A stretch of 63,568 nucleotides of DNA, the filler included, from Trichomonas gallinae (lineage: Eukaryota): assembly GCA_008369845.1 (NCBI GenBank). It is 10 parts of 10 records of this genome, joined end to end, with 100 filler letters (N's around TTAATTAATTAA, not from the genome) between each part and the next. Parts side by side here need not be neighbours in the genome. Positions count along the whole stretch, not along the records: positions 2,261 to 23,251 come from MRSU01000005.1; positions 23,352 to 24,711 come from MRSU01000006.1; positions 24,812 to 25,939 come from MRSU01000008.1; positions 26,040 to 33,743 come from MRSU01000010.1; 6 more parts are not named here. The stretch is one strand, 5' to 3'. Below are positions 20,901 through 29,497 of the stretch, one piece after another; within the stretch, counting starts at the first letter, position 1, and the number at the start of each line of letters is the position of its first letter. The translations under genes and the position numbers were made by a program. The notes below the pieces were generated by a model. It was not told the origin of the DNA. It saw only the letters and a list, made by a program, of their open reading frames with translations, and ran no database searches.

Positions 20901-22496
20901 TCTTCTTACGGATATTCACTGTCCATACCAATTTTAGTCTTTTTAATTGATGATATCAACAAAATTAGTTCAAAATATCACAAATTCATCGAAAAATACA
21001 CGCAAGTCGCTGATGTGTTTGTGCCAATAGCGATGCACATTTCTGCGTTCGTTGTTGTCGATTGTCTCGAACACGAAGCTTATTGCGAAAGATTTTGCAT
21101 CATTTTCGTTGCTTTCTTAAAAAAACTGCAGAGAGTGAGCTCAATGAAGAAAGAAATCGAAAATCTAATAGAAAGGACGCAAAAAGTTCAATCTTTAGCA
21201 AGTATTTCGTTTTATGCGCGCCATCACTTCATTTACGGCATAGACATAGTAGAAATCGACAGTAAATGCGACCACATACACGACATTTTGATTTCAAACG
21301 ATTATAGCAAACTTGCAAATAATTTCAAGCATACATCAGAGAATTCAGCATTTTTCTTCACGATGCTGAAATTTACAGACTTCGAAAGAGCATCTGTTGA
21401 ATTCGAAAAGTTCAAAGATCACATTAAAAATTATGATGAATTTATTAATCGACTATTATGGGCTTTACGGTCTCCCCTCTGCCTGGATGAAGACTACGTG
21501 AGGTCTCCCATTGTCGACATTCCACCTCAAGACATGTATCACAGTCTCAAAGAATTTATTTTAACGAAAACAACAGCATTTTGCCCCTCATGGCCCAGCG
21601 TGGCAACACACTACATACAGGAGCTCAAAGGCATCGAGTACGTCATTAAATTCTACTCAGAGCTCGGCCTTTACGGTAGATCCATTAAAGAGCTGAAGAA
21701 TAGGAATTTTGACAATAAAATTTTTGTAAAGTCAGTTTTGGAGCCTTCCCTATCATATGGTAAGGTTAATGACATGCTTGAATATTTCAAAGCTGCAGAT
21801 CCATATTTCGAGCAGTCCGCTGATGCCATCGATGCTGCCATCCAGTTTGTTACGCAGCATGGCTTGGATTCGCTGAGATACGAAATGGATTTAATGATTG
21901 AAGATTTTTCTGACGCTGTTCTTGCAATACAGAATGTTTATGCTAAGGAAAAGAAACCAGAGAATCGCGCAAAGATATTGGAAAAGTGTGAAAATGATTT
22001 GCCACATGAATTATTGAATTATCATTATATTGAATTGCAAAAAGAGTTTGTTAAGATCCAGAAGGATAATGGAATACCTTACAATATCAACGTTCATTTG
22101 TTTGGTGAAGGGTTAATCAATGCAATGGAGATTTTATTCAATAAAAAATTATTCCAATTTGCGTGTAAAGTTGCTGTTGAACTAAAGATTAATCCATCAC
22201 CTATTATCAACAGAATCGCAAAAACGATGAATCAATCGAGAGCCAGAAAATTTGTTTCTAATTTGGCTAAATTCATGCAGAATAGCCATATATTTGAGGA
22301 TTGGGTTACTGTTCTTCTCCACTATTTCAACAATAACCCAAAGACGAAATCTTATGTTCTTTATATTATTGAAAAAGAAATTACTTCAGCGAGATTCAAG
22401 TGTCACTTATTAATCCAATGCGGATACATTAATGAAGCCAGAAAAATCGCTGAAGCAGAAAATCTTGCGGAATTTATTATATTATTGTCTGATTAA
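17928..22496 (+). CDS. Large helical protein with a spastizin (ZFYVE26/SPG15)-like C-terminal domain, 1522 aa
   Basis: The C-terminus (IKFYSELG...IFVKSVLEPSLSYGKV...AADPYFE...LRYEMDLMIEDFSDAV...KCHLLIQCGYINEARKIA) parallels the conserved ZFYVE26 C-terminal region. No FYVE Cys pattern is visible. Confidence 0.7.
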   Translation: MELQPGSYFFAGLSEVSFTKEGIRQICFGKPQFSLQFFNRITSISAKTICGNLAVSFPPPQFVISNDFPTYSHFNWATQKISEYYGGKQYDNSLDMIIYELYTSHNKQYTAIYDILTSETTKLDIKSKNLIYLYQNNRNLFISLIPVLTKAIAKYKNEEFYDLIPKTDLNIFLLLDKKRFENIFQTTIHETIMTQTNLIVQSIIETKNDLYVNEIQSLLLSNDTDPVQKTLHMSIVGLKHFDDYVIKPILKLIHQLEFTAAQKFSGGHLQYLVMAYVLKFERICENRQFLENSIEIVRKIESIPPSFKHFLKYVQNDLKIMNTLNVLIGRKLSFEDLEYHSIPYLCRPILDGIDIDSFMFMYNFESYTNGYADLDFTFLVSFYLVINLLTCFNEQKVTQLISYYKDPISRSTIFTELFSILFLTDSSGNFVVPFEVSLKLLQIMSNYKTYDIIDEYISQALAKFKCYDKNNLSYHDLLCPTESLVHPLLIQKKWDLALETVKLSPKLQKFVDLFKGTIENDSSQQKLPNFSYAENLTQYFIETALSTNNLELIERSLKSKPNISDYLQNRYKIIIQHPYHILSPILPTDQYVTLSRSFDALLITPNSIFSKIEKIGNFQIVNNLIDFINICVECGIVTPKDLRNMRPMEKLDEIISAGKFDLALEFSGVNRIDFFQYLFVKYRANENILKLISPIYPMPSLTMALSSLSSSELVKFKSIVLPKNSSKYIEKYYNRKINPPIDPIISENKEQKRAKIIKLIESDDKSLDDYLYSVDPQLISEIILEKAKNMEMTKLQKYLDFLDCFVPNQKLIHMKEMVTLFLSLKNPPSTLNEAIQQIDEFLSQLIRKNKYRIAKNFAELTNKGDLFAKNMIDHVINILLHKHESERALIYCKGFEGRILAQIGPKEYEKRFELMNMSRELRSSNSEEFRALSVYFSVPPRLRSKQPDISQMIDNICIKGGMDVLFEMIVSFKLDISKISSMANKETVNLVSSYGYSLSIPILVFLIDDINKISSKYHKFIEKYTQVADVFVPIAMHISAFVVVDCLEHEAYCERFCIIFVAFLKKLQRVSSMKKEIENLIERTQKVQSLASISFYARHHFIYGIDIVEIDSKCDHIHDILISNDYSKLANNFKHTSENSAFFFTMLKFTDFERASVEFEKFKDHIKNYDEFINRLLWALRSPLCLDEDYVRSPIVDIPPQDMYHSLKEFILTKTTAFCPSWPSVATHYIQELKGIEYVIKFYSELGLYGRSIKELKNRNFDNKIFVKSVLEPSLSYGKVNDMLEYFKAADPYFEQSADAIDAAIQFVTQHGLDSLRYEMDLMIEDFSDAVLAIQNVYAKEKKPENRAKILEKCENDLPHELLNYHYIELQKEFVKIQKDNGIPYNINVHLFGEGLINAMEILFNKKLFQFACKVAVELKINPSPIINRIAKTMNQSRARKFVSNLAKFMQNSHIFEDWVTVLLHYFNNNPKTKSYVLYIIEKEITSARFKCHLLIQCGYINEARKIAEAENLAEFIILLSD

Positions 22497-22671
22497 AGAT
22501 ATATTGTTTATTATTCATTTTCATGCTAACATCCTGTTTTACTCCTTCAAATATAATCTACAACATGTGATTGATGAATTTCTTATAATAATAATCAATA
22601 TGAAATTAACTTTCCTTTAAAAGATCAGCTCTTCAGATGATCTGTAGATACCTTGCCAAGTGGATGTAACT

Positions 22672-22930
22672 CAAAAACAAAATTTCAATTATCGAAATTA
22701 TAATACAATGTTTCTTTAAAATATGACACCTTTAAGTGATCTCTAGATGAATTTTAAGTGAACGATGTCTAAAAACCAAATTTCAAAAATTGAATTTATC
22801 GAACAATGTTTCTTTAAAATATGAAACCTTTATACTATATGTAGGTTATTTTTCAAACGAATGAAGTCCAAAACCAAAATATTAAAAAATTGCATTTTGT
22901 AAATTGAGTATTTTTAAGACATAACCACTA
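22672..22930. repeat. Imperfect ~98-bp tandem repeat, about 2.7 units
   Basis: CAATGTTTCTTTAAAATATGAcACCTTTA at 22706 recurs at 22804 with one mismatch. AAAACCAAA...AAAAATTG heads recur near 22771 and 22870. Confidence 0.65.
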
Positions 22931-23054
22931 AAATTAGCTTCTGTATCAAATAAGCTGTCTAAAAAGCGGGTTGGCGGGCGAGGACTAAAAAAAACCGTCG
23001 TTCGATCGGCATGAGAATTGAATAGTTTACAGCCGAAAGAAAACAAAATTTATT

Positions 23055-23251
23055 ATGGAAACATTTATCATCCACGACAATTGTCCAGTTTGGGCCGGCT
23101 TCATTGGCTTTTTAGGCATTGCCGCCGCCCTCGCTTTCACAGCACTCGGCTCAGGCTACGGAACAGCTAAGTCTGCGATTGGCGTTTTCGCTGCTTGCAA
23201 TACTCACCCAGAATATATTTACAAAGGTCTCATGCCAGTCATTATGGCAGG
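23055..23251 (+). CDS. V-type ATPase 16 kDa proteolipid subunit c, 5' part (cut by linker)
   Basis: CPVWAGFIGFLGIAAALAFTALGSGYGTAKS...KGLMPVIMAG matches the Vma3/ATP6V0C pattern. Confidence 0.95.
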
Positions 23252-23351
23252 NNNNNNNNNNNNNNNNNNNNNNNNNNNNNNNNNNNNNNNNNNNNTTAAT
23301 TAATTAANNNNNNNNNNNNNNNNNNNNNNNNNNNNNNNNNNNNNNNNNNNN
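23252..23351. other. Artificial contig linker
   Basis: N44-TTAATTAATTAA-N44. Confidence 0.99.
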
Positions 23352-23992
23352 CAGTTGCTGCTCCTGCTAAACCAGCACCAGCCAAGAAAGATGAATCAGA
23401 ATATTCTTACTCTGAAGATGAGAAACCAGCTGCTAAACCAGCTCCTGTCAAAGCAGCACCAGCTTCAGTCAAGCCAGCCAAGGCCGACTCCGACTACTCA
23501 TATTACTCCGAGGAAAAGAAGCCAGTTTCAAAGATTACTCCAAAGCCAGCGCCAAAGCCTGCACCACGCCAGAAGCAAGAGTCCGAGTATTCATACTACT
23601 CCGAAGAGGAGACAAAGCCTGCAGCTGCTGCACCAGCCCAGAAAGTGGAAGAGAAGAAGGACGACGATTATTCATATTCATCGGAGGACGAAGTCGTTGT
23701 CAAAGCTCTCTCCACGAAGAAGATGTTCGACAAAGAAGAGGGCGCAAAGGTCATGGAGGCCGCCCAAGGCGCAGAACAGGCACAGCCAAGCGGAAAGAAC
23801 TTCAACAGCAAGCACAAGACATATACGCAGCAGTCCAATGCGAAGTTCAACGCTTCCCGCAGAAAGAACCAGGATGAACTTCTCCAGGTCCGTGGCCATG
23901 ATTTCCGCGCCACTAAGGGCAAGCTGAAGAAGAGCGGATCCTATGGTAATGACCGCATTGATATTAACCGTGTTGGAAGTAAGAAGATTTAG
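23352..23992 (+). CDS. Srp40/Nopp140-like nucleolar phosphoprotein, 3' part
   Basis: The frame from 23354 is open to the stop at 23992, with alternating PAK-rich and acidic Ser/Tyr blocks. It ends in an SRP40_C-like motif (LLQVRGHDFRATKGKLKKSGSYGNDRIDINRVGSKKI). Confidence 0.85.
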
Positions 23993-24085
23993 AGTTTTTT
24001 TTTTAATTTAGAAATAAAAAATATATTTTGATAACTATGTGAAAATTTACCAAATTTATTTGACAAACATTATTTTGCATGGCAA

Positions 24086-24711
24086 ATGACGGAACCTTTC
24101 GACAATAAAGAGATCTATAAGTCTCAATCTAGGCAATTTTCACTTTCCCAGTCACAGGCAGTGAGAAAAGAGGCATATGATCGAAATACGAATAAAATAT
24201 TGAAAAACTGAAAAAAAAATATTTAATAAAAAACATAAATTCAAAAGAATCTATGATGCACTCAATTGTATCACTATAGAAAATGATTTTGAAGCTATGA
24301 GATTTGCGGTGATAGAGAAATTTTGCGATGGTAAAGGCAAATATGCTGAAACAATATTTTAGTGTTCAGTCAAAAAACACAATTTCCAGCTTGTTCGTCT
24401 CCTCATAGATTTTGGTGGAAATAACAACTATAACAATGAAATTTTCAACGATTCTGATTTTTTCAGATTTGTACTCAAATTGCCTCGTTTTGATATTAAT
24501 GATTCTTTGATTTGGGCTTCGAGATATGGTCATCATGAAGTTGTCAAATTCTTGCTGACGGTTCCTGGAATAGATATCAACCCAAGAGACAATTACAACA
24601 GAACAGCTTTGAATTATGCTTCATCACATGATCATCATGAAGTTGTCAAACTCCTTCTGACAGTTCCTGGAATAGATGTCAACACAAAAGATGAAGAAAA
24701 CAAAACAGCTT
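24086..24711 (+). pseudogene. Ankyrin-repeat pseudogene (VPGIDVN family), cut by linker
   Basis: The 5' part has stops and frameshifts. The 3' part has ankyrin repeats (LIWASRYGHHEVVKFLLTVPGIDIN). The N-terminus (QSRQ..., SVKKHNFQLV, NDSD) is homologous to 33944-34683. Confidence 0.8.
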
Positions 24712-24811
24712 NNNNNNNNNNNNNNNNNNNNNNNNNNNNNNNNNNNNNNNNNNNNTTAATTAATTAANNNNNNNNNNNNNNNNNNNNNNNNNNNNNNNNN
24801 NNNNNNNNNNN
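24712..24811. other. Artificial contig linker
   Basis: N44-TTAATTAATTAA-N44. Confidence 0.99.
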
Positions 24812-25173
24812 TATCTTTACAAAACAATATTATTTCATATTTACTCTCTTTATAAGAAGTTTGTTGTAATGTACTATGCTAGGCTTCATTGTACTTGTTG
24901 TAACTCTAATAAGTGTTACAAAATCAATAATTCTCCCAAGCAATCTCCAAAATACTCTATCATCTATTCGGCTAAATCATATAGATACTTATATTGTTCA
25001 TTACATTCCTTTCTTCAAAAGTTTTTTTTTTTTCATTATGAGTTTCAAAAAATTGCCACAAATCGTAACATGAACTTGATTGATGATGCATCTTACAAAT
25101 CACGCATACTTCTAGCAATATTATTCTATAGTGCCCGCAAAAAGTAAAGTCCACCTGTTTCTGATGTTTACAT

Positions 25174-25330
25174 CAGGGCTTGCGCCCGAGCGAGCTGGAC
25201 CTCGCCCTCATACGAGGAAAAAACAAGACCAAAAAATTTTTTCGCCCCACTCTAATTTAGGGGTTGGTAACCTTAGATCCTAATATATGAAGGTTTGGAA
25301 AGGGCGAAAAGGGCGAGCGAGGTTTTTTCA
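25174..25330 (+). mobile_element. Possible DNA-transposon/MITE left end (hAT-like)
   Basis: An abrupt GC-rich block starts CAGGGCTTGCGC and carries repeated GGGCGA/TCGCCC and CGAGCGAG motifs in both orientations. No partner end is seen on this contig. Confidence 0.35.
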
Positions 25331-25939
25331 CATATTTACCATGTACACCGTGTATAATAGCTAAATATTTATAATTTATCCAATAAAAGCTCGGTATTTT
25401 TATTGAATTATTGCTGATTCTTGAAATTTATAATTTTATGATGCTTTATGTCAATACATGATAAAACAAAGCATTTGCGAATTAAATACAGGCATGAAAT
25501 TATCTGAATTTTAAAATCATGAGACACCATGCAAAAAATTGGATAGGTATCACATACACATACTCTTGATGATACTTTTACTCTTCGCCAGCTCGTCCCA
25601 AAAATACGTTACATCCCGTTTTTACGCACTAAATTTCCTAAATTACAACGATTTTCACGAATATTACCTTTATTAATTAGCAAGTTTCTCTAAGCGTTAT
25701 TTCAAACAATAATCAGCGACAGCATATACGATTACAAATTCCGCATTTCTCTCCGCATATGCTGTCTTTTTTGCTTGCAAATTTGCTGATCTACAACATT
25801 TATTTCCATATGCTTTGATCTAGTCCAGAAATACACTCTACTATGGAGATGTCTACATATTCTTCACAAACGAAAGAAAATAAAAACTCATCGATTTTTT
25901 ACTTTAATTCCTCTACTTGATTTAGCTAAGAAAATGATG

Positions 25940-26039
25940 NNNNNNNNNNNNNNNNNNNNNNNNNNNNNNNNNNNNNNNNNNNNTTAATTAATTAANNNNN
26001 NNNNNNNNNNNNNNNNNNNNNNNNNNNNNNNNNNNNNNN
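25940..26039. other. Artificial contig linker
   Basis: N44-TTAATTAATTAA-N44. Confidence 0.99.
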
Positions 26040-26137
26040 CATCGCGTCACTTTTCGACACGGTGTCACTTTTCGCGAGCGAACCCCGAATCCAAAATCAG
26101 CGAATCCATCACTAAACGGTCAGTTCGCACATCCCTA
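26040..26137 (-). mobile_element. Possible hAT-like transposon end at contig start
   Basis: The GC-rich block ends CACATCCCTA (reverse complement TAGGGATGTG, like the Ac TIR YAGGGATG). It has subterminal direct repeats GTCACTTTTCG x2 and CGAATCCA x2, then an abrupt switch to AT-rich DNA. Confidence 0.45.
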
Positions 26138-26624
26138 ATTTGACATAGTTGTTTACATTTCAAACTTCCATTCTACATATTTAAGATCAATTTCCGAAGA
26201 TTGACGATTTTTCTGAATAAAATATGCTACAATGAGAGAGTAATTATTTCAATATCATCCTCAGGCATTTGATAATTGATTCCTTAACTATGTATATGGA
26301 TTAATGCTATATCTAGATTGCATTCAAGACAATCAAATGAAATTTGCAATCTAAGTCTTTTTATTATTATACTTGATGTAGAATTGCATAACAGAATCTA
26401 GTTATACAGCAGCACAGTCGAATTAAATGAGATTTAGCAAAAAAATAATTTTATCTCTAAGTTGCATAACAAGTTCATGATTTTAGCCTATTATTGAGGC
26501 AACATTATGAGTTTATGCTGAGATTACCAACAAAATCAAGAGTTTCAAAAATGAATTTAATGGTAAAATATTCATGTTTTAGATCAAGTAAAATAAACAA
26601 ATTGGTGAAAACTGTCAAACAAAC

Positions 26625-27407
26625 TTACTTAGGATACTGTAATCCTAAAATTCTGTCGTTATACTCGTAATCGATTGGAATTTTCGATTGAATTCTGTAT
26701 GTGCGACGTTCAGACTCGATTTGCAGATCATAGTATTCTATTATTGGCCTAAACTGAAGATCAACTTGATCATCAGTCAATATTTTGTCTTCTGAATACC
26801 AATCTTTTTCATAGATCTGATCTGCGTATTGTATGAATGGCGCCAAGAAAGTAGATAGCTTCACAATCAATTCCTGTGGCGATTTAGGAACAAAACAGAC
26901 GCCAAGACAAATCGCCATATTTTGAATATCCATGAGTGTTGATTCGTGTGTTGTAATTTCATAGAAGAAATTCATCAAGTAGGAAAGCGTGTTGCGACGC
27001 TGCGGTTCTATTTCACGCACTAATTTCTTTAAAGCCGAAATTATATCTGCTTCTGATTTAGATCTGTCTTCTACGAGTTTGAGAACATCTGCAACTGTTT
27101 GATTGGAGAATATTGGATCGATTGATGACATTGTTTGAATGACTTTCTTTAGAACGCATGATAATAAAACAGGATTGTCATCCGCTGTGAATCTTCTGTA
27201 TTTTCCATCATCAAGTGAGTAATAGCGCTCGTCTATTCTCTTGTTTTCGTCTTTTACACGGAAAATACCTTCTGTATCCATTCCACCCTTCTCTTTGATC
27301 GCATTAACTAAGTCAGAGATAATGAATGGAATATACCCACTAAAGCTGTTCCACGTTTTCGTTAAAAAGTGTGCTTTCTTCGCCGGATAAGTCCACTGTC
27401 CTTCCAT
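26625..27407 (-). CDS. RhoGAP domain protein
   Basis: IPFII...GMDTEGIFRV (arginine finger), LSCVLKK, TLSYLMNF, LMDIQNMAICLG. Confidence 0.92.
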   Translation of the reverse strand: MEGQWTYPAKKAHFLTKTWNSFSGYIPFIISDLVNAIKEKGGMDTEGIFRVKDENKRIDERYYSLDDGKYRRFTADDNPVLLSCVLKKVIQTMSSIDPIFSNQTVADVLKLVEDRSKSEADIISALKKLVREIEPQRRNTLSYLMNFFYEITTHESTLMDIQNMAICLGVCFVPKSPQELIVKLSTFLAPFIQYADQIYEKDWYSEDKILTDDQVDLQFRPIIEYYDLQIESERRTYRIQSKIPIDYEYNDRILGLQYPK

Positions 27408-28061
27408 TTAATTTTTTGAGATAAAATCTTGTTTGATACAAAACAGAACAACAAAATAAAGCTATTTTAATGTTTAAATTTGTGATTTGATAAAAGGTGA
27501 TTTTTACAACATTACATGAAGATCTGACACTTTACATGTCAAATATTGCTTTTCTATTGTCATCATGTAATAAGCAAAGCTTAATGGCTCAAATATAAGA
27601 TGCTTTGTTTAGGTTAGATTCGCATACAAATTCTGGGTAATTGTAAAAAATTCGCCAAAATTATTTCAATTCCAAAACATTTTATATTAAATATGAATAA
27701 TATTCATGATGTATTTTATTATTTCGTAATTAATAGCAAAACTTATCTGATTTTTCATGATAAAACTTATCAAAATTTCTATTTGATAAGTAAATTAGGA
27801 TCTATAACTAATATATCATCTATTCAATTATTTATTATTTTTTTATACTCAATGTTATGCCAAAAAATATGATAAAAATAATAAATTTTCATTTTTTGCA
27901 TAACAAATATCAAGAAAAATTTTATAAATTTCGAAATTCTGCGTGTTAATTAATCTATGATATCTAAAACTTCTAAATTTATGGAAAAATCGCAAAAATT
28001 CCTTCATCTAAAATTTGAGGGAAAAATAATCGTTGAATCGGGACAACAATTTTTCTTTGCG

Positions 28062-28583
28062 ATGTCTGCACAAGAAGAAGTCTTCGAGGAAGAAGAAGGT
28101 TATGGTGATGAAAACGATCCACCACAAGAGCGCTTCGCTACACGCTGCCGTTTTCAGGATGAAGAAGCTGCCCTCGAGATGTGGAATCAATTTCAGAACG
28201 AAATAGACCCATGCAAACCAGATGAATTCGGTTCATCACCACTCCATGCAATTGCAGCAAACGGCATGGTTGATTTACTCACAGAAGTCATTAAAAAACC
28301 AGGCTTGAATCTCAATGTCAAAACATTAAGCGATAACACACCACTCCACTTCGCAGCTATCAACGGAAACAACAAAATCATCAAAATCTTACTTGAAGCG
28401 GGCGCTGATCCAAAGATTAAAAACAAACAAGGCCAGACTGCTTACTACGAGGCTGCTTCCAGATTTGCTGATGGAACTGGCAAACAGGAAGTCGAAACTG
28501 TTGATTTATTGCTCGGACCAGATTCTGAAATTCCTAAATCAATTGATGCTCAGATTGAAAAGGAAGACCTTGAGGGCTTGTAA
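28062..28583 (+). CDS. Small acidic ankyrin-repeat protein, Yar1-like
   Basis: SPLHAIAANG, NTPLHFAAING, GADPKIKNKQGQTAYYEA and GKQEVET follow the Yar1 pattern, with acidic termini. The start is moved from 27957 to MSAQEE because the upstream extension is AT-rich and looks non-coding. Confidence 0.8.
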   Translation: MSAQEEVFEEEEGYGDENDPPQERFATRCRFQDEEAALEMWNQFQNEIDPCKPDEFGSSPLHAIAANGMVDLLTEVIKKPGLNLNVKTLSDNTPLHFAAINGNNKIIKILLEAGADPKIKNKQGQTAYYEAASRFADGTGKQEVETVDLLLGPDSEIPKSIDAQIEKEDLEGL

Positions 28584-29129
28584 GTAGATATCCTATTTTA
28601 TATAGATTTTCGTTTTTATTTTTTAATTTATATTTTTATCGATTCATAAAGCTTTTATTATAAACCTGTTTTTAAAAATCATACAATATTTGCAATCTAA
28701 AATCGAAAAATCATAGTCCAAATTCATTTTATAATTTTTTTAATCTTATTCATAAAATTACATAATAGTTTAGACTGAAAATGTTTCATATAGTGTAATA
28801 TTTCAGCATAGACAAATAGTTCGGATTATTAAAATATTATCTTTAAGAAAAACAAAGTATTTCATGCAAAATTTAGTGGTGTGTAATAATACTCACATAA
28901 TATCGTTATTTTAGCTTTCCAAAATAGTTCTTGAGTATTGAAAATTTAAAAATCGGAAAATTTTCTCTAAATTTAAGGATTTGTTATATCGTTATATTGA
29001 GGCTTTGAACAATCTCACCCCGAATAAATACGATTTTGGATGTTGCGACTCTTTGGAGAGCCCTGCGAAGAAACACAGCGTTCAGAGACGAGCCGCGAAT
29101 TGTCACTTTTATTGAAGCCACAGCAACCG

Positions 29130-29250
29130 TCAAATTTGTTTATTTTACATGTCGGATTTATAATTATACATGTCAAATTTGTTATTTTACATTTTAAATA
29201 TATGTCACTTATCTCTATGTATATAATATAAAGAATACTCTATGCATTTT
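29130..29250 (+). repeat. Dispersed repeat copy with ~21-bp internal units; related to 51450-51550
   Basis: CAAATTTGTT(T)ATTTTACAT units followed by ATATGTCACTT...TACTCTATGC, in the same order as at 51450-51550. Confidence 0.55.
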
Positions 29251-29497
29251 GCATAAAATTAATGAACACTATGGAATAGATGTCAACGCACTATGGAATA
29301 CATGACAGCAATGCTATATAACCAGTCATGCATGCTATATCTGATTGATTAGCAATTTAAATTATGGAAATTAACACCGAGAGGAGTTTCGTTTATGTAA
29401 TATGATATCAATCTGACTTGATGTGATAAGAAATAACAAACGAGTTAATATAAACTGAAAGGTATTATTTTAAGATCAAATATAGAATAAAATAAAA

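Noticed and set aside
23355..23927. 190-aa Gln/Arg-rich ORF
   Set aside because: Shadow frame of the Srp40-like gene, starting at TTG at the contig edge.
29030..29115. GC-rich patch reading DFGCC..., as a possible kinase shard or ncRNA
   Set aside because: No other kinase motifs and no convincing RNA structure or box elements.
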